Positions 25,111-38,689 are shown, counted from the first letter of the stretch. The stretch is 64,000 nucleotides of DNA from Basidiobolus meristosporus CBS 931.73 (GCA_002104905.1 MCFE01000207.1:62001-126000), one strand, 5' to 3'. The notes: generated from the sequence alone by a model not told the origin. Program-made: numbers and translations.

Positions 25111-28100
25111 TGTTATGATCTGCTGCTTGAATGTTCAAGTTAGATCAGTTTTTAGTCAAATCAATTAGTATATGTCTAGGTTATCAGTATATCAGTATTA
25201 TCTATGATATCAGTGGCATTAGTCAGCAAATGAATCAGCAGATCCTTATCAGACAGAAATAGATATATTAAGTAGGATCTTACTGGGTGAGGATGATGCA
25301 ATCAAATGAGTCATCAGCCACAACCTATATTAGGAAATACAATTAGTCAGCAATTGATCTGGAAAAATGTATATAAGGTGCTGCTGGAACCTCAATAAAA
25401 ATCAGTTCAAGTTTTAGTGAATACAATACTAGCTAAACTCCCTATTCCTCTACAACTCTTATACCAAGACTTGTAACATTGGTAGCAGCAATAACCAGAA
25501 ACCTCCCTCCTAAAGAAAGAAGAAACCACCCTCAAGATGTTGGACAATCAAGAATGGACGTATGCCATGCAGCAAATCCTGGCCCAACAGCAACAGTTAC
25601 TCCAGATCCTCAGCCAACAGCAACAAGGAAAGACTACCATGGCTCAGAACCAGCAAAGCCCTGTTAAGAGCAACTTTAGTGTGAAGGTCAACCGGTACCG
25701 TAGCAGAGTCAATGAAAACCTGGGAACTTGGCTCTTTCAGATTGAAAAAGCTTTTAAAACTAAAGAAATTGCTCCAGAAAGCAAGTTGCATTATGCAGCT
25801 TCTTACCTGGCAGATGCAGCTTTACAGTGGTACCACAATAAGATCAGGTTGGCCACTATGATGGGATGCTCTACAATCTCTACCTGGGATGAGTTTGTGT
25901 CGGAAATTCAGGATGCTTTTGAACCTCCACACCAGCAGACACTACTAAGAAGGAAGTTAAAGACACTCAGACAGAAAGGAATGGTGCAAGAATACATCTA
26001 TGAGTACAGATATCTACTTGGACAAATTGAAAGAATGGACCCCTTGGATCAAGTTGAATACTTTGTTGATGGGTTGAAAGAAAGAACTTGCAAGGAAGTG
26101 AATTACCAAAGACCTCAGACTATTGAAGAAGCCATCAAGATTGCCATTGACTATGATTCAGCTATGTTTGGAGTTGGGAAGCCTACAGTTTCTAATCAGA
26201 AAGGCTACAATCATTATGAAAGAAGACAATCAGAAGCAGTACCAATGGAAATAGATGCTATGCAGAAGAATCCTACCTCAGAAGAATGTAAGAAGAAAGG
26301 ACTTTGCTTCAATTGCCACCAGCAAGGACATATTGCAAAGTACTGCCCTCAGAGAAGAAATGGACACCAGCTAACAAGAACCTTCAATCATATTGAGTCC
26401 CATGAACACAGTAATGTTGAAGATGTGCTTGAAGAAGACTCAGAACTCACCTTCCATATGACAGAAGAGTACTTGTCCCAAAAGACCTCAAACTCAGGGA
26501 AGTTATTGTACTTGAATGGAGTAATCAATGGAGTACCTGCCAAGATCATGATTGACTCAGGAGCATTGCATGAGTACATGCCAGAGCAATTTGCCTTGAA
26601 AGCTGGAATCAACTTGAAACCTACCAAATCAACTTCAGTCTCCACAGCTGATGGGAACTCTCACATAATCAACTGTATTACCCAGCCAGTAAGAATGAAG
26701 ATCAATGACTATGAAGAAGACCTACAGGCTTATATATTTGGGAACTGCAAGTTTGACCTTGTACTTGGAAAAACCTGGCTATTTTGTTGTAATCCATCAA
26801 TCAACTGAAGAACCCATGCTACTCAGATCCAAAAAGACAACAAGACCTATGAGCTATTACCTGCCAGGCTGGATTTCAACTTGGTCAATTTCAGTAAGTG
26901 TGAGACAAGTGAACTTAGCAAGACCCAGTTCTGTAGAGCACTTAGAAAAGGCAACCAGATATTCCTCATGGCTGATTTACAGGAGGATTCCACTACCCCA
27001 ACACCCCAGCAGGTCCAGACTCTGTTGAAGAAATATTTGGACATGTTTCCAGATGAGCTTGTAAGCCTACCACCAGTCAGAGACGTGGATCATGCCATTG
27101 ACACAGGAGATAGCCCTCCAGTGAGCAAGACACCTTACAGAATAAGTCCATTGGAATTGGAGGAAATGAAGAGACAAATTGATCAGCTATTGGAGCAAGG
27201 ATACATCAGGCCCAGCAAGTCACCCTGGGGAGCACCAGTACTTTTGTGAAAAAGAAGGATGGAACACTTAGGATGTGCATTGACTACAGAGCCCTGAACT
27301 CAGTTACCATCAAGAATAAGTACCCCATACCTTGGATTGATGAGCTTTTGGACCAACTTAATGGAGCCACTATTTTCAGCAAGATTGACCTCATGTCAGG
27401 ATACAACCAGATTAGGGTGAAGCCAGAAGACATCCCTAAGACAGCATTCAGGACCAGATATAGACATTACAAGTACTTAGTCATGAGTTTTGGCCTCACT
27501 AATGCCCCTGCAACTTTCATGACCCTGATGCAGACTGTCTTCCAGGAGTACTTAGACAAGTTTGTCATAATCTACCTAGATGATATACTGATATACATCA
27601 AGACAGAAGAGGATCACTTGGTGCACATTGAAAAGGTCTTGAAGAAGCTAAGAGAGAACAAGCTTTATGGCAAGCTACCCAAGTGTGAATTCTTCAAGGA
27701 ACACATAGAATATCTGGGACACATAGTGACTAGCACAGGAGTAACCTTAGACTTCAAGAAGGTGGAAGTAATCAAGAATTTGAAGCAGCCCCATAGCATA
27801 TCAGAACTCAGATCATTCCTTGGAATGGTTTCCTATTATTGGAGATTTGTCAAGTCTTTTGCAAGTATTGCAGCCCCTTTAACTGATACCCTCAAGAAAG
27901 ACAATGCCTACAAGTGGGACATAGCTTGTGAGACTGCCTTCCAGATGCTCAAGAATGAACTTGCTAAGCTGCCAAGCTTAAGAATACCAGACTTCAGAAA
28001 AGAGTTCACTCTGTGCACAGATGCTTCAGATTATGTACTTGGTGGAGTGCTGAGCCAAGAACACAAGGGAAAGGACTACCTTGTTGCCTTTGAATCCAAG

Positions 28101-30047
28101 AAACTGAACTCAGCAGAACAAAACTATCCAGTCCATGAGAAGGAGATGCTTGCTATAATACACTGTTTGAAGACATGGAGATGCTATATTGAAGGAGTCA
28201 TATGCACTGTGAAGACTGATCATGCCTCTCTCAAGTATATATTTACTCAGAAGGTACTCTCTAGAAGAATGACAAGATGGAGTGAATACATTCAGCAATT
28301 TGACCTGGAGATTTTCTACTGCCCTGGAAAAAACAACACAGTTGCTGATGCCTTATCAAGATTAGATCAAGTTGCACAACTCAACTTGGTGCATGAATCG
28401 GATTGGCCTAGCCTATTACCAAAGTACTTGGAGGACCAAGCCATTCCTAATGAGGTGGATGAAGATATCAAGAAGATAATCTGTGATGAAGCCAGCAAAT
28501 TTGTTGTAGAGGATGAAACACTCTACCAAATTGTTGATGGAAGCCCTATTGCCTATTGTCCTTATGTTGCTCACCTGGATTTAATACATAAACTACACAA
28601 TGGATATGGACATCTTGGGATTGAAGGAACCTATAGCCTTGTGAAAGCCAGAGCATGGTGGCCCAGAATGAAACACAATATTGAGAAGCTAGTGAAAACA
28701 TGCCCAAACTGCCAAATCAATCAAGGCCAGCCACAAAGAATTGCCAAACTCTTCCCTTTGGAGCCTGTAAGACCATTTGAGAGATGGGGAATGGACTTTA
28801 TTGGGAGACTGCCAACTACCAGGAAATGCAACCTTTGAATCCTAGTAGCAATTGACCATGCTACTATATGGCCAGTTGCTAAAGCTGTACCAATAGCCAG
28901 TGAACAAGAAGTTGCAAGTTTCATTTACCATGAGATCTTGATGAAGTTTGGATGCCCTGTGGAGATCTTATCCAATAGAGGTGCAAACTTTATGGCAAAG
29001 ACATTAGAGGCTTACCTGGAAATGCAGCAGATCAGACACTTGAAAACCTTGGCATATCACCCCAGAACTAATGGAGTCACTGAGCGGTTTATTGGATTAT
29101 TTGGAAAAATGCTGACCAAGTATGCAAATGAAGTTGTCAGTAGATGGGATGAGTATATAGACCAAGCGCTCTCTGCATGCAGAGTCAGAGTACACAACAC
29201 TACCCAGCAATCACCATTTTGCTTAGTTTATGGATGTGAACCAAGGATTCCAGGAGATCTCACACAACCAAAACTTACAGACACCTTAGCAGATGAACTC
29301 AGTCAGCCAAGTAGACACCAGCAACTGGAACAAAGACGCCAAGAGGCACAGACCAAAGTATCTCAAAGTGCACAAAAGATGAAGCAGAGATTTGATAAGA
29401 CTATAGCACCAGAAGCATTGACAGTTGGGAACTTTGTATTGCTAAGAAACAACACTTGGAAGAAGTTTGAGCCACAATGGACAGGACCATTCAAGATCAT
29501 CAGAGAATGTCCATTTGCAACTTACCAACTGGTGGACAAACAAGGCAATATCCAGGAAGACTAAGTGCATAGGGACTGACTCAAGCTTGCAAGACTTGCT
29601 GCTAATACTGAACCATCAAGATATTGGTATCACAAGAAAAGAGATTCAGGAGAACCCTCTCAACTTTAGTAGGGGAGAATGTTATAATCTGCCGCTTGAA
29701 TGTTTAAGTTAGATCAGTTTTTAGTCAAATCAATTAGTATATGTTTAGGTTATCAGTATATCAGTATTATCTATGAAATCAGTAGCATTAGTCAGCAAAT
29801 GAATCAGCAGATCCTTATCAGCCAGAAATAGATATATTAAGTAGGATCTTATTGGGTGAGGATGATGCAATCAAATGAGTCATCAGCCACAACCTATATT
29901 AGGAAATACAATTAGTCAGCAATTGATCTGGCAAAATGTAAATAAGGAGCCGCTGGAACCTCAATAAAAATCAGTTCAAGTTTTAGTGAGTACAATATTA
30001 GCTAAACTCCCTATTCCTCTACAACTCTTATACCAAGACTTGTAACA
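25111..30047 (+). mobile_element. Full-length Ty3/Gypsy retrotransposon G1 (non-chromoviral), 4937 bp
   Basis: 368 bp LTRs 25111-25478 and 29680-30047 (TGTTA..TAACA; 14 differences), PBS TGGTAGCAG at 25480, PPT AGGGGAGAA at 29671-29679, 4 bp TSD ATAC. Confidence 0.97.
25537..29670 (+). pseudogene. G1 gag-pol (gag, zinc knuckle, protease, RT, RNase H, integrase) with a few lesions
   Basis: CFNCHQQGHIAKYC, IMIDSGA, IYLDDIL, LCTDASD, GHLG..CPNC, GMDFIG, TERF. Lesions: stops at ~26806, ~28836, ~29562, ~29577; 1 nt frameshift at ~27245; catalytic SDRG reads SNRG. Confidence 0.93.
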
Positions 30048-33000
30048 ATACAAATGCACAAGTATCATGTGGCTGGCAACATATAATCCAAATACTGTCC
30101 TGATTCCAGCATGTGTTAACAGTTTCATGGCATTCACATCTAAAAATGCTACCATTGTAACATGTCCAAATTGTCAGGAATCCACCACCATTGAGGGAAC
30201 GCATTGATCACACTCTGGATACATTCAAGTCATACCCCATCTGAGGAAACTGATGCAGTCTGCCAGATATTGCAAAGCTATATAGTACTACACTCTGTAT
30301 CAATCAAGAGCAAACATATCCAATATATTTGATGGCAAACATTACAAACAGCTAAGAAGCGAGGGCTACTTTGAAGGCATAAATGACCATGCCATTGCTT
30401 CAGCACCTGATAGAATCTCATTAAACAAGTACTCTGCCACCAAATCCTGCTGGCCACTGATTCTCATCAATCTGAATCTGCCACCCATCTTATGGTATCA
30501 GAGCAATAATCTGATGGTGGTATCACTGGTATCTGGGCCTAAATCCCAGTCCAACCAGGAAAGCTACCTGTATCCATTGCTGAATGATTATTGTATGCTT
30601 TCCAGCGGGATAATGGTAAATGGCTGTGATGTAAAAGCACAAATTATTATCTGCATTGGAGATACCTCAGCCATCAGGAAGATAGCAGGCTTTTCCAGGC
30701 ACATAGGACAGCATTGCTGTTGAATGTGTGAGGTCCAGGGGATTTACTCTATAGCTCACACACATTATTATTACCTAAACACCAGCACTAAGAAAATCAT
30801 CTTTGCTCAGAGAGAACCTACAGAACTAAGCATGCAATTGCAGCAAAGTTGGCAAGCTATAAGTCATTGGCCAGAATATAGAATCAATTGGAAACTGGAG
30901 ATACTTAAGATAGAGAGTATCTGTTGGGGCAAAAGCTTTCCACTGGGAGCAATGCATTTGCTTTTCAATAATATCCCTATACTGATGACCTAGTTGTACA
31001 TGGGGCATTTCAAGCTAAATGAGCCTTTTCAGATACCAAAGAAATTTGAAAGAATTGGCAATATATTACAAAGTATTGGCTACCCTAAATACTTCTCACA
31101 GGCTCCAATCAATATTCATATGCATATGCAACAATACAAATGCAAAGACTGTATGAGCTGGATGTGTATTTATTTAAGTGGTGTTCTGAAGCCATTCCTA
31201 CCAAGAGTACATTGGAAACAATGGCAGTCATATGTTGACATTGTAGGAATATTTATCCAGAAGCAGATCATCAATTCTAACTTGAGGCATCTAGAGCGGC
31301 TGTGTGAGGAGTTTGTGACAGGGTTTGAGTGGCCATACTACAAACATACAGCTGAATGTGTAGATATCTACCGCTACTGTATCCATTCTCTACTCCATCT
31401 TGCATGGTGCATGGAGAATATTGGGCCTTGCTTCATCTTTTGGGAGTTTCCTATGGAGTGAATGTGTGGGGAGATTGGAAGACAAGTCTAGTTGCAGGTA
31501 CTACCATATCTTAATCTCATCAGGAATATTACCTTCAAGTCTGTCATGGATGTGATGAGTTAGCACATGGAGGACAGCCAGAAAGAGTTGAAAAATATTG
31601 AGAACAAATGTGCACATGGCGACACCTATGCCTATGGCATTAAGAAGCTAAGCAGCCCCAATGCGTCAGTAGTCAGTTAAGTAATGCAAAGTTGGGCTGG
31701 GTGCAACAAGCAACTAATTTTTATCAGAAAAACTCCACCAAGATATGTTGGATTTCTCATGGTCACAAGCCAACTTCTACACCATTCCATATGGAATTCA
31801 CACCAACAAAAGCCAGAGTACACCTATAAGTGGGACTAGAATCCAGCAGGGAAAGGATTATTGGCTAAATACCAAGAAGTTCTTTGTGGATATTCAAGAG
31901 GTATTCATGGCAGAAGTGGTGGCAACCAAGCATATGTTTGCAGCATGTATATGTTACCAGCAGTATTAGGTATATCAAAACTTTGCAAGTATCACATTAA
32001 ACAGCCGTAAAGTTGAGGTGATAGAAGTATGTCAATTGCAGCAGGTGTGCATAATTGGAGAGGTTGGTAAGCGGGAGGCCATAGTTTTTTTGATTCAAAC
32101 TATATATGGAATACACAAGGTAGTAGTGGGTAAGCAAACAAAGAGGGGTGATTCTACAGTGGAATAAATGAATTGCACAAGGGGAGGTAGAAAAAGAAAA
32201 TACCATTTGGTAAATTGGTATTGTAGCATCATACAGAACCAGTGGTTGACTGTCATACTGCCAATATAATGCCATCAGAGTCTTGCTGTGACACCATCAA
32301 AATACCTTCAAGTTTCTTGCCATATAAGGCTATTGGATGTCCTGACCAGCAGGATCCACTTAAAATAGTTATAGAGTGCTGAAAGACCGCAACAATACCA
32401 TGCAAATATTGTGACAGCACTGATAAAATATTGTCAAGTTTTATCCCTTTTATTGGTTGTAAAACTAGCAAAACACCGTCATGATCCCGCCATAAGATTG
32501 TAGGGAGCGTCACTAATTCCAAGCTGCTGTTATTATGATGGTCTCTAAATGGGATCTTGACGGCTGATTCAGATTGGATCCACCTGTAGGACCAAATTAT
32601 TTTTGTAGGGTAACCTTTGGATCTTAACTGCTTGCATCCTTGTCATTATATCAATATGGTAAAAGCTCCTGCTACTCTAGCTGCCTAGGTGCTCCAAGTG
32701 TCTCCAAATGCCTCTATGTGCCTTGTGCACTACCCAGAAAAGCTCCTTGATGGCAGGTCCTAGGTGTCACTGTTGAAGGTAGGTGCAGTGATCAACTGCT
32801 AATCAATAAGGGAGAAATGTTACTGACAGAAGGGATGATTTACTGATGAGGAATTGGCCTCCCTAAAATACATTTCCTGATTGCCAAGTGACCACCTTTG
32901 ATAAGATTCTAGAGGGTTTCAGGCATCAGTGTGATTTTTGATGACACTACTATGGGCTAAGAATACTCCTAGAAGGTCCCAGAAGGTTCTAAAAGGCACA

Positions 33001-33113
33001 GCACATCCAACCCATCAGAGATCAGTAGTATGAAACCTGTGTGGTGTAGAGATACCATATTTGGCATTTAAACAGTAGGGATGGTAACACAATCTTTGGC
33101 CATAGACTTGTTC

Positions 33114-33837
33114 TGTTGGATAGTGCCACATTGAGCCATGAGTGCCAAATGATGCCATAGTGTGCCAGAGAGGCCAAGTGAGCCTATACTTGGCCACAGA
33201 GGGTGAAACATGGATCTGCATCCTCATGCAAAGTAGCCACTCTGTTTCACCTAAGATGCAGGAGAAAATACATTTTTTGACGTTTTTTTGCAGATCAATG
33301 TTGTACAGGATGTGTAAGAGCACAGAAGAACTGAAGACATGCATCAGGTACTCAATACCCATGGCACTCTGAATCTAGCTCCTGTGGCCTGTAACATGTC
33401 ACAAAAATGAATGACACTATCTTGGTCCACTGGTACTATCTGGCACTATATTTAATTATTAGCCCCAAAGTAAGATCTATACAAAGCACTTATAGTGCCA
33501 GATAGTACCAGTGGACCAAGATAATGCCATGCATTTTTGTGACATGTTACAAGCCACAGGAGCTAGACTCAGAGTGCCATGGGTATTGAGTACCAAATGC
33601 ATATTTTCAATTCTTTTGTGCTCTTACGCATCCTGCACAACATTGACCTAAAAATAAAGGTCAAAAAATGGATTTTCTCCAACGCAATTGGTGAAACACA
33701 GGGGCTGCTTTGCATGAAGATGCAGAGCTATGTTTCACACTCTGTGGCCAGATAGAGGCTCACTTCGCCTCTCTGGCACACTATGGCATCATTTGGCACT
33801 CATGGCTCAATGTGGCACTATCCAATGGAACAAGTCT
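33114..33837. mobile_element. Foldback element copy 2
   Basis: Same arms and spacer; TSD CAT/CAT; inserted in LTR-A sequence that continues on both sides. Confidence 0.92.
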
Positions 33838-33904
33838 CATGAGTGATGGGTACTGACACAGGTATTTGCCCAATGTGGATATATATACTGATTGCAAAGA
33901 TGAT

Positions 33905-34390
33905 AGCCCCTGAGGGTACAAAAGGTTTGCAGCCAGCAAACAGCAGCTTAGTCCCAAGCCTACTGAAGGGGACTTAGTATGACTATTGAAAAAAACATTG
34001 CTACCTGCCATATTTGTGGTAATTTAGACTAAGAGAAACTAAGTCCCTTCAAGATCTAGTGGAAGCTGAGTCCAACCACAATTACCACCAAGTATGAAGA
34101 TCCATGACATGTTACATGTATCCCTCCCAGAACCATTCCATGCTAGTATTCTACCCAGCCAGCACCCAGTAAGTTGCCCAGCCATTTAAGTAGACAGGCA
34201 TCAAGAGTTTGAAGATTGGCATATATTAGATTCAAAGCATTTCAGATCCCAACTTCACTACCTAGTAGACTGGAGTGGTTATAGCACATATGATTGAGCT
34301 TAAAAATCAGTAACGTACCAAACAGATTGCAAAGATCTTGTTGTGCTATTTCACCAAATATATAGCAACCAGCCAAAGCCAAAGGCTTGG
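33905..34390 (+). pseudogene. Chromovirus integrase C-terminus and chromodomain fragment
   Basis: Degenerate LSPFKI..LPPSMKIHD..HVSL.EPFH..EFE..HILDSKHFRSQLHYLVDWSGY. Likely the continuation of 20860-21232. Confidence 0.75.
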
Positions 34391-34562
34391 GCACATGACA
34401 TTCTTTGCCTTCTACAACTGGGCTAAATCAAGTTGGTGAAGAAATTCAATTCCTTCTGGAGAGTTCTATTACATTCTATCAGCCTCTTGAAAGCTCTAAG
34501 TCAACATTGTACAATGAAATATATTATGGAAGCTTTCCATTGTATTTTTGTAGCTCAATACT

Positions 34563-35297
34563 AGACTTGTTCCGTTGGATAGTGCCACATTGAGCCATGA
34601 GTGCCAAATAATGCCATAGTGTGCCAGAGAGGCCAAGTGAGCCTCTACCTGGCCACAGAGTGTGAAACATAGCTCTGCATCTTCATGCAAAGCAGCCCTT
34701 GTGCTTCACCCATTGTGCTAGAGAAAATCCATTTTTTTCCCTTTTTTTTTTGGATCAATTTTGTGCAGGATGTGTTAGAGCACATGCAGATTCAAGGTAT
34801 GCATCTGGTACTCAATACCCATGGCACTCTGAATCTAGCTCCTGTAGCTTGTATCATGTTACAAAAATGAATGGCACTATCTTGGTCCGCTGGTACTATC
34901 TGGCACTATATTTAAATATTAGCACTAGAGTAAGATCTATACAAAGCACGTATAGTGCCAGATAGTACCAGTGGACCAAGATAGTGCCATTCATTTTTGT
35001 AACATGATACAAGCTACAGGAGCTAGATTCAGAGTGCCATGAGTATTGAGTACCAGATGCATATCTTCAGTTCTCCTGTGCTCTTACACATCCTGAGCTA
35101 CATTGATCCACAAAAAAAGGTCAAAAAATGGAAATTCTCCTGCGCAATGGGTGAAACACAGGGGCTGCTTTACATGAAGATGCAGAGCTATGTTTCACAC
35201 TCACTGGCCAAGTGTAGGCTCACTTTACCTCTCTGGCACATGACGGCATCATTTGGCACTCATAGCTCAATGTGGCACTATCCAATGGAATAAGTCT
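34563..35297. mobile_element. Foldback element copy 3
   Basis: Same structure; flanks ACT/AGT (imperfect TSD). Confidence 0.9.
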
Positions 35298-35299
35298 AG

Positions 35300-35636
35300 T
35301 AGCTCCAGGACACATGACATAGTCGGCCAATCAACTGACCCCTGGCATATCCCCATGTGTCAATCCAGTCTGTTCTGTAGTAAATTGGCATCTTGACTCA
35401 CGTACTATGCCTCATCCTAGAATCCCATTAGTATTAGCCAATGTCTCTTTGTATTCATGTTGCCAGGAAGTATATATATTCCTATCTCCCCTGATGCATT
35501 CTTAGTCCAGTAAACACAGGGCTTGAATCAACAGCATTGCTTTGGAATCTGCCTTACATTGCTGATCCATACCTACATTCTTTCCTGGTCTTGCCTTGCC
35601 CAGATTTACTATCCTGCCTTGACTCTATTCATAACA
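35300..35636 (+). repeat. Putative LTR end (family LTR-C); related piece at 44019-~44190 in reverse orientation
   Basis: Ends ..CTTGCCTTGCCCAG..CTCTATTCATAACA, similar to the revcomp of TGTAATGGATAGAACAAG..GGCAAGGTAGGACAAGGAAAGG at 44019. Start not determined. Confidence 0.5.
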
Positions 35637-38560
35637 CCATCAGTGAGCCTTCTTCTTCAGAGTTGACACTTGGGGTGCAATATTCAGAAGGCTGAGGTGA
35701 GCCTAAAGGTGTGACAAACTCACCTAGCTCAGTTTGCCCAAGGTGACAGGCACAGCAAAGTGCTATTACAGAAGCCTCAAGTGGCCAGCCAGATAGTGTT
35801 GGTATACTAGAGACTGACAAATGATCAAATTTGATTTATGTAGCAAAACGCTGTCCATGATCATTATAATACAATGCATGCCCCATTGCTGAGAGGCTTG
35901 CTTCAATAGCCACATGGTCTTTTTTCACTTCTCTTACTGCATTGAAGTGAAGTAATCTTCTCAAACAGGCCAATGGTCTGAAACACAACAGTGTAATGCT
36001 ATTATATTGTGTTTTTGTCAGTACTCATTTGGATGTAAGATAGTCTTATATTTGATACATTACACCAACATTAATGTAAGATTCAATGATGACCTACCAT
36101 AGCAAGCATTATAAGCAGAGTTGTGGCACCACGCACACATGTACTAATAGCAGTATTTTCCCTTTAGTTTGACCCAATTCCATATATAGTCTGCAAAAAA
36201 AATAGCAACATTGTGTGGTTCCCAACTAAACCCCACTACTGACAGCAGCAGAAGAACAGTTTGCAACAGCTTGCTCTGGCAATCAGCTCAACATTCAGAG
36301 CTACATTCAAAAAAGGACATGTTAATAGTGAGTCCACTGAAGCCAATAATGTTGTCTCCTCAGGCTCTTATTCAAGTATACAAATAAGAACTGCTGCAGA
36401 CCGGTAAGCTGACTATAGTGATCAGGCAGATGCAAATGAAGCAAACACCGTACCTTTGGTTGAAGACCAGTAAGTGGCCATCAAAACATCACCATCACCT
36501 GTAATAGAAAGTAAGTTATCAGCTCATACAAAGCATCATTGAGGCAATTAGATGCTGTGGCTGATAGGATAGATGCAAAGACTCAGAGAAATCCAGAAAG
36601 GTCCTAAGATGGGATGAGTTGATAATATGAGTAGATCAATCATTATCCCATACAAAGAACTCAGCATTTTTGTGGTAACAAAGGATCTTAAATATTCCAA
36701 TATTACAGCCAAGAACTGAGCCATTTCCCAATGTAACATCAGAGCAACACCCAACAGTCCTTGAACCACAACAATAGTGCCAATAGATAAAGCCCTCACA
36801 AAAACCTGTTGCAGTTTGATACAGAGAGACAGAGGTGTTCAAACCCAAGTCTAAGAATCAGCTGATATTGAAGATCCATGAAGCTGTTGGGTTCAATGAT
36901 GAAGATTGGGCTAATATTCAAAAGGCCATTGTGAGTATAGCATGACATCAACCCAAGGCCAGCATACTATGGGACCATCAATAGCTCAAGGCCAGGTAGA
37001 ATGAGCTTATCTGACTCTATAAATATTATCCTGGAATTGCAGTCAGCAAACAGATTTTGGACCTACATTGGTGTGCTAGGAAAGTAACTCAAGAATAGCC
37101 AAAAAATTAAAGGCAGAAGAACAAGGGTACCACTGCTAAAAATCAACAGCTTCCTCAATGGTGTGTCACAAGCAAGGCTGAAAGCTCTATACAAGTGGCA
37201 AAGATATGTCAGATTGCCTGAAGAGGACTAGTACTAGAGACAAGCATACAAATCAGAAGCATCAGTGCATCACTAATAAAAGAAGCTAGTTCATTACAAG
37301 CACTTGATGGCATCAGGGGTAAAAGACCTAACTGTTGTTATGTCCACAGCTCTCTCAGGAGCCTGTTACAGGCAAAGGTGCCAAACATGCATCAAAGAAA
37401 TATTAAGTTACTGGTTGAGTACTTGCTGGGGATAAGCTGGCCAGAACTTATGAACCAGTGCAGCATTCATCAAGGAGAAAATTTGGTAGCATACAAGAAA
37501 CACTCAGCAAAAGTAGTAGTGATAGACTTAGCAGTGATAAAGGTAAAGGTAAAGAGAAAATAATGTCCCCAAGCCAGAGATAGGAAGCATGAGAAAAAAG
37601 CTTTTATTCTCACCAATTAGTGCTGTCAGCCTGGAGCAGGCTGATCCCTATAATAGCCAAGAAGAAGTATACACAAGACAAAACTGATCTCAGAAGAGTA
37701 AGATGTGCTGTCATTACAGCTACACACTAGTAAGGTATATAAGCTTGCAGAGATAAGCAACTGATCAACCACTACCACCACATACTTCATTGAACAGAGT
37801 AAAGATTCCATTGATACACAAAGCAACAATCTCAAGATATCAAAAGACTATCACAATGCCTATGGTAGAGCTCAGGAATATTAAGTGGCACATGAAGAAG
37901 TTGCAGCACTTGTTTGAGATTGGTACTCAAGAAAATGTACTTACATATTGCAACAATTTATTGCAATACTGGTAGTTGAGATGCTAGACCTTGTAGTGCC
38001 AGCTGAATACCAGGATCCATGGGAACCAGTGAATGAACAGTTGCATAATGAAGTGTGGTTCTCACTAAATCATAGAAAAAGTGCATCACAGAACAAATAC
38101 CTATTGAATGGTGGATTTTAATGGAGTTACTTGTCAAGTGTGGCATTGAGCCTAAAGTCAGTGTAGCATATAGGGACTTATATAGGTTAGTACAGCTTTC
38201 AATTGATTATATAATTGAAGTTTCAGTAGAGATATACCATTTGTATGCATGAAAAGTAGCAAAATTGATTGATTCATGAAGCAATGAGTATGAAGAAGTG
38301 ACAATAGCCAATCAATTTATATAAATGTAGGAGGTGGTTTTATGTCCAGAATCATAATGTGAGTGAATTGACAGAGAGCCAGCTCAAAGTCACAGATTTA
38401 TTGTTATGACTAAAATTTGATAAGTTTATTGTGAAATTTAGTATACAATAATTTCTTTGATAGTCTTTGCACAATATCCCAATGGGAACAGTACCTCCTA
38501 GTAATAGGATTTAATCTTGTGGAGGCCTTTTGACAGGATCATCACATTTATTCTTAAAGA
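35637..38560 (-). mobile_element. CACTA-like element E (reverse orientation; transposase N-terminus, ORF2, degenerate left end)
   Basis: Reverse complement of 21307-24860, more diverged. Confidence 0.75.
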
Positions 38561-38689
38561 AATATTACAGCAAAGTATAAGTATCTTATTCATCCAATGG
38601 ATGTAAATACTGCATTTCTGAATGGGGGCCTTGATATGATGTGCAAATAAACCGGCCTGATTGGTTTGTAGACCAAGAAACCCCACATG

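Larger units (their letters stand above)
24784..31700 (+). pseudogene. CACTA Tnp2-family (Transposase_21-like) transposase, split by the Gypsy insertion and frameshifted
   Basis: C-x2-C (CPNCQES), IFDGKHYKQL, SCWPLILINLNLPP, GPKSQ, IGD(T)SAIRKIAGF, GPCFIFWEFPME motifs. N-terminal part at 24784-25110, remainder from 30052. Confidence 0.88.
21307..32610 (+). mobile_element. Full-length CACTA/EnSpm (CMC)-type DNA transposon with CCCTA termini (~5.6 kb net of nested insertions)
   Basis: Left end CCCTATGAAAAATTATT; right end AATTATTTTTGTAGGG (revcomp CCCTACAAAAATAATT), both consistent with CpG decay of CCCTACGAAAAAT. Flanks TAG/TAA in an LTR-A site that reads CAATAACC when empty (3 bp TSD, one transition). 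Confidence 0.88.
21233..33903 (-). mobile_element. LTR-A LTR split into three pieces (21233-21306, 32611-33113, 33838-~33903) by a CACTA element and a foldback element
   Basis: The pieces join into contiguous LTR-A sequence when compared with 8172-8974 and 11295-12097; the far end is deleted. Confidence 0.85.
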
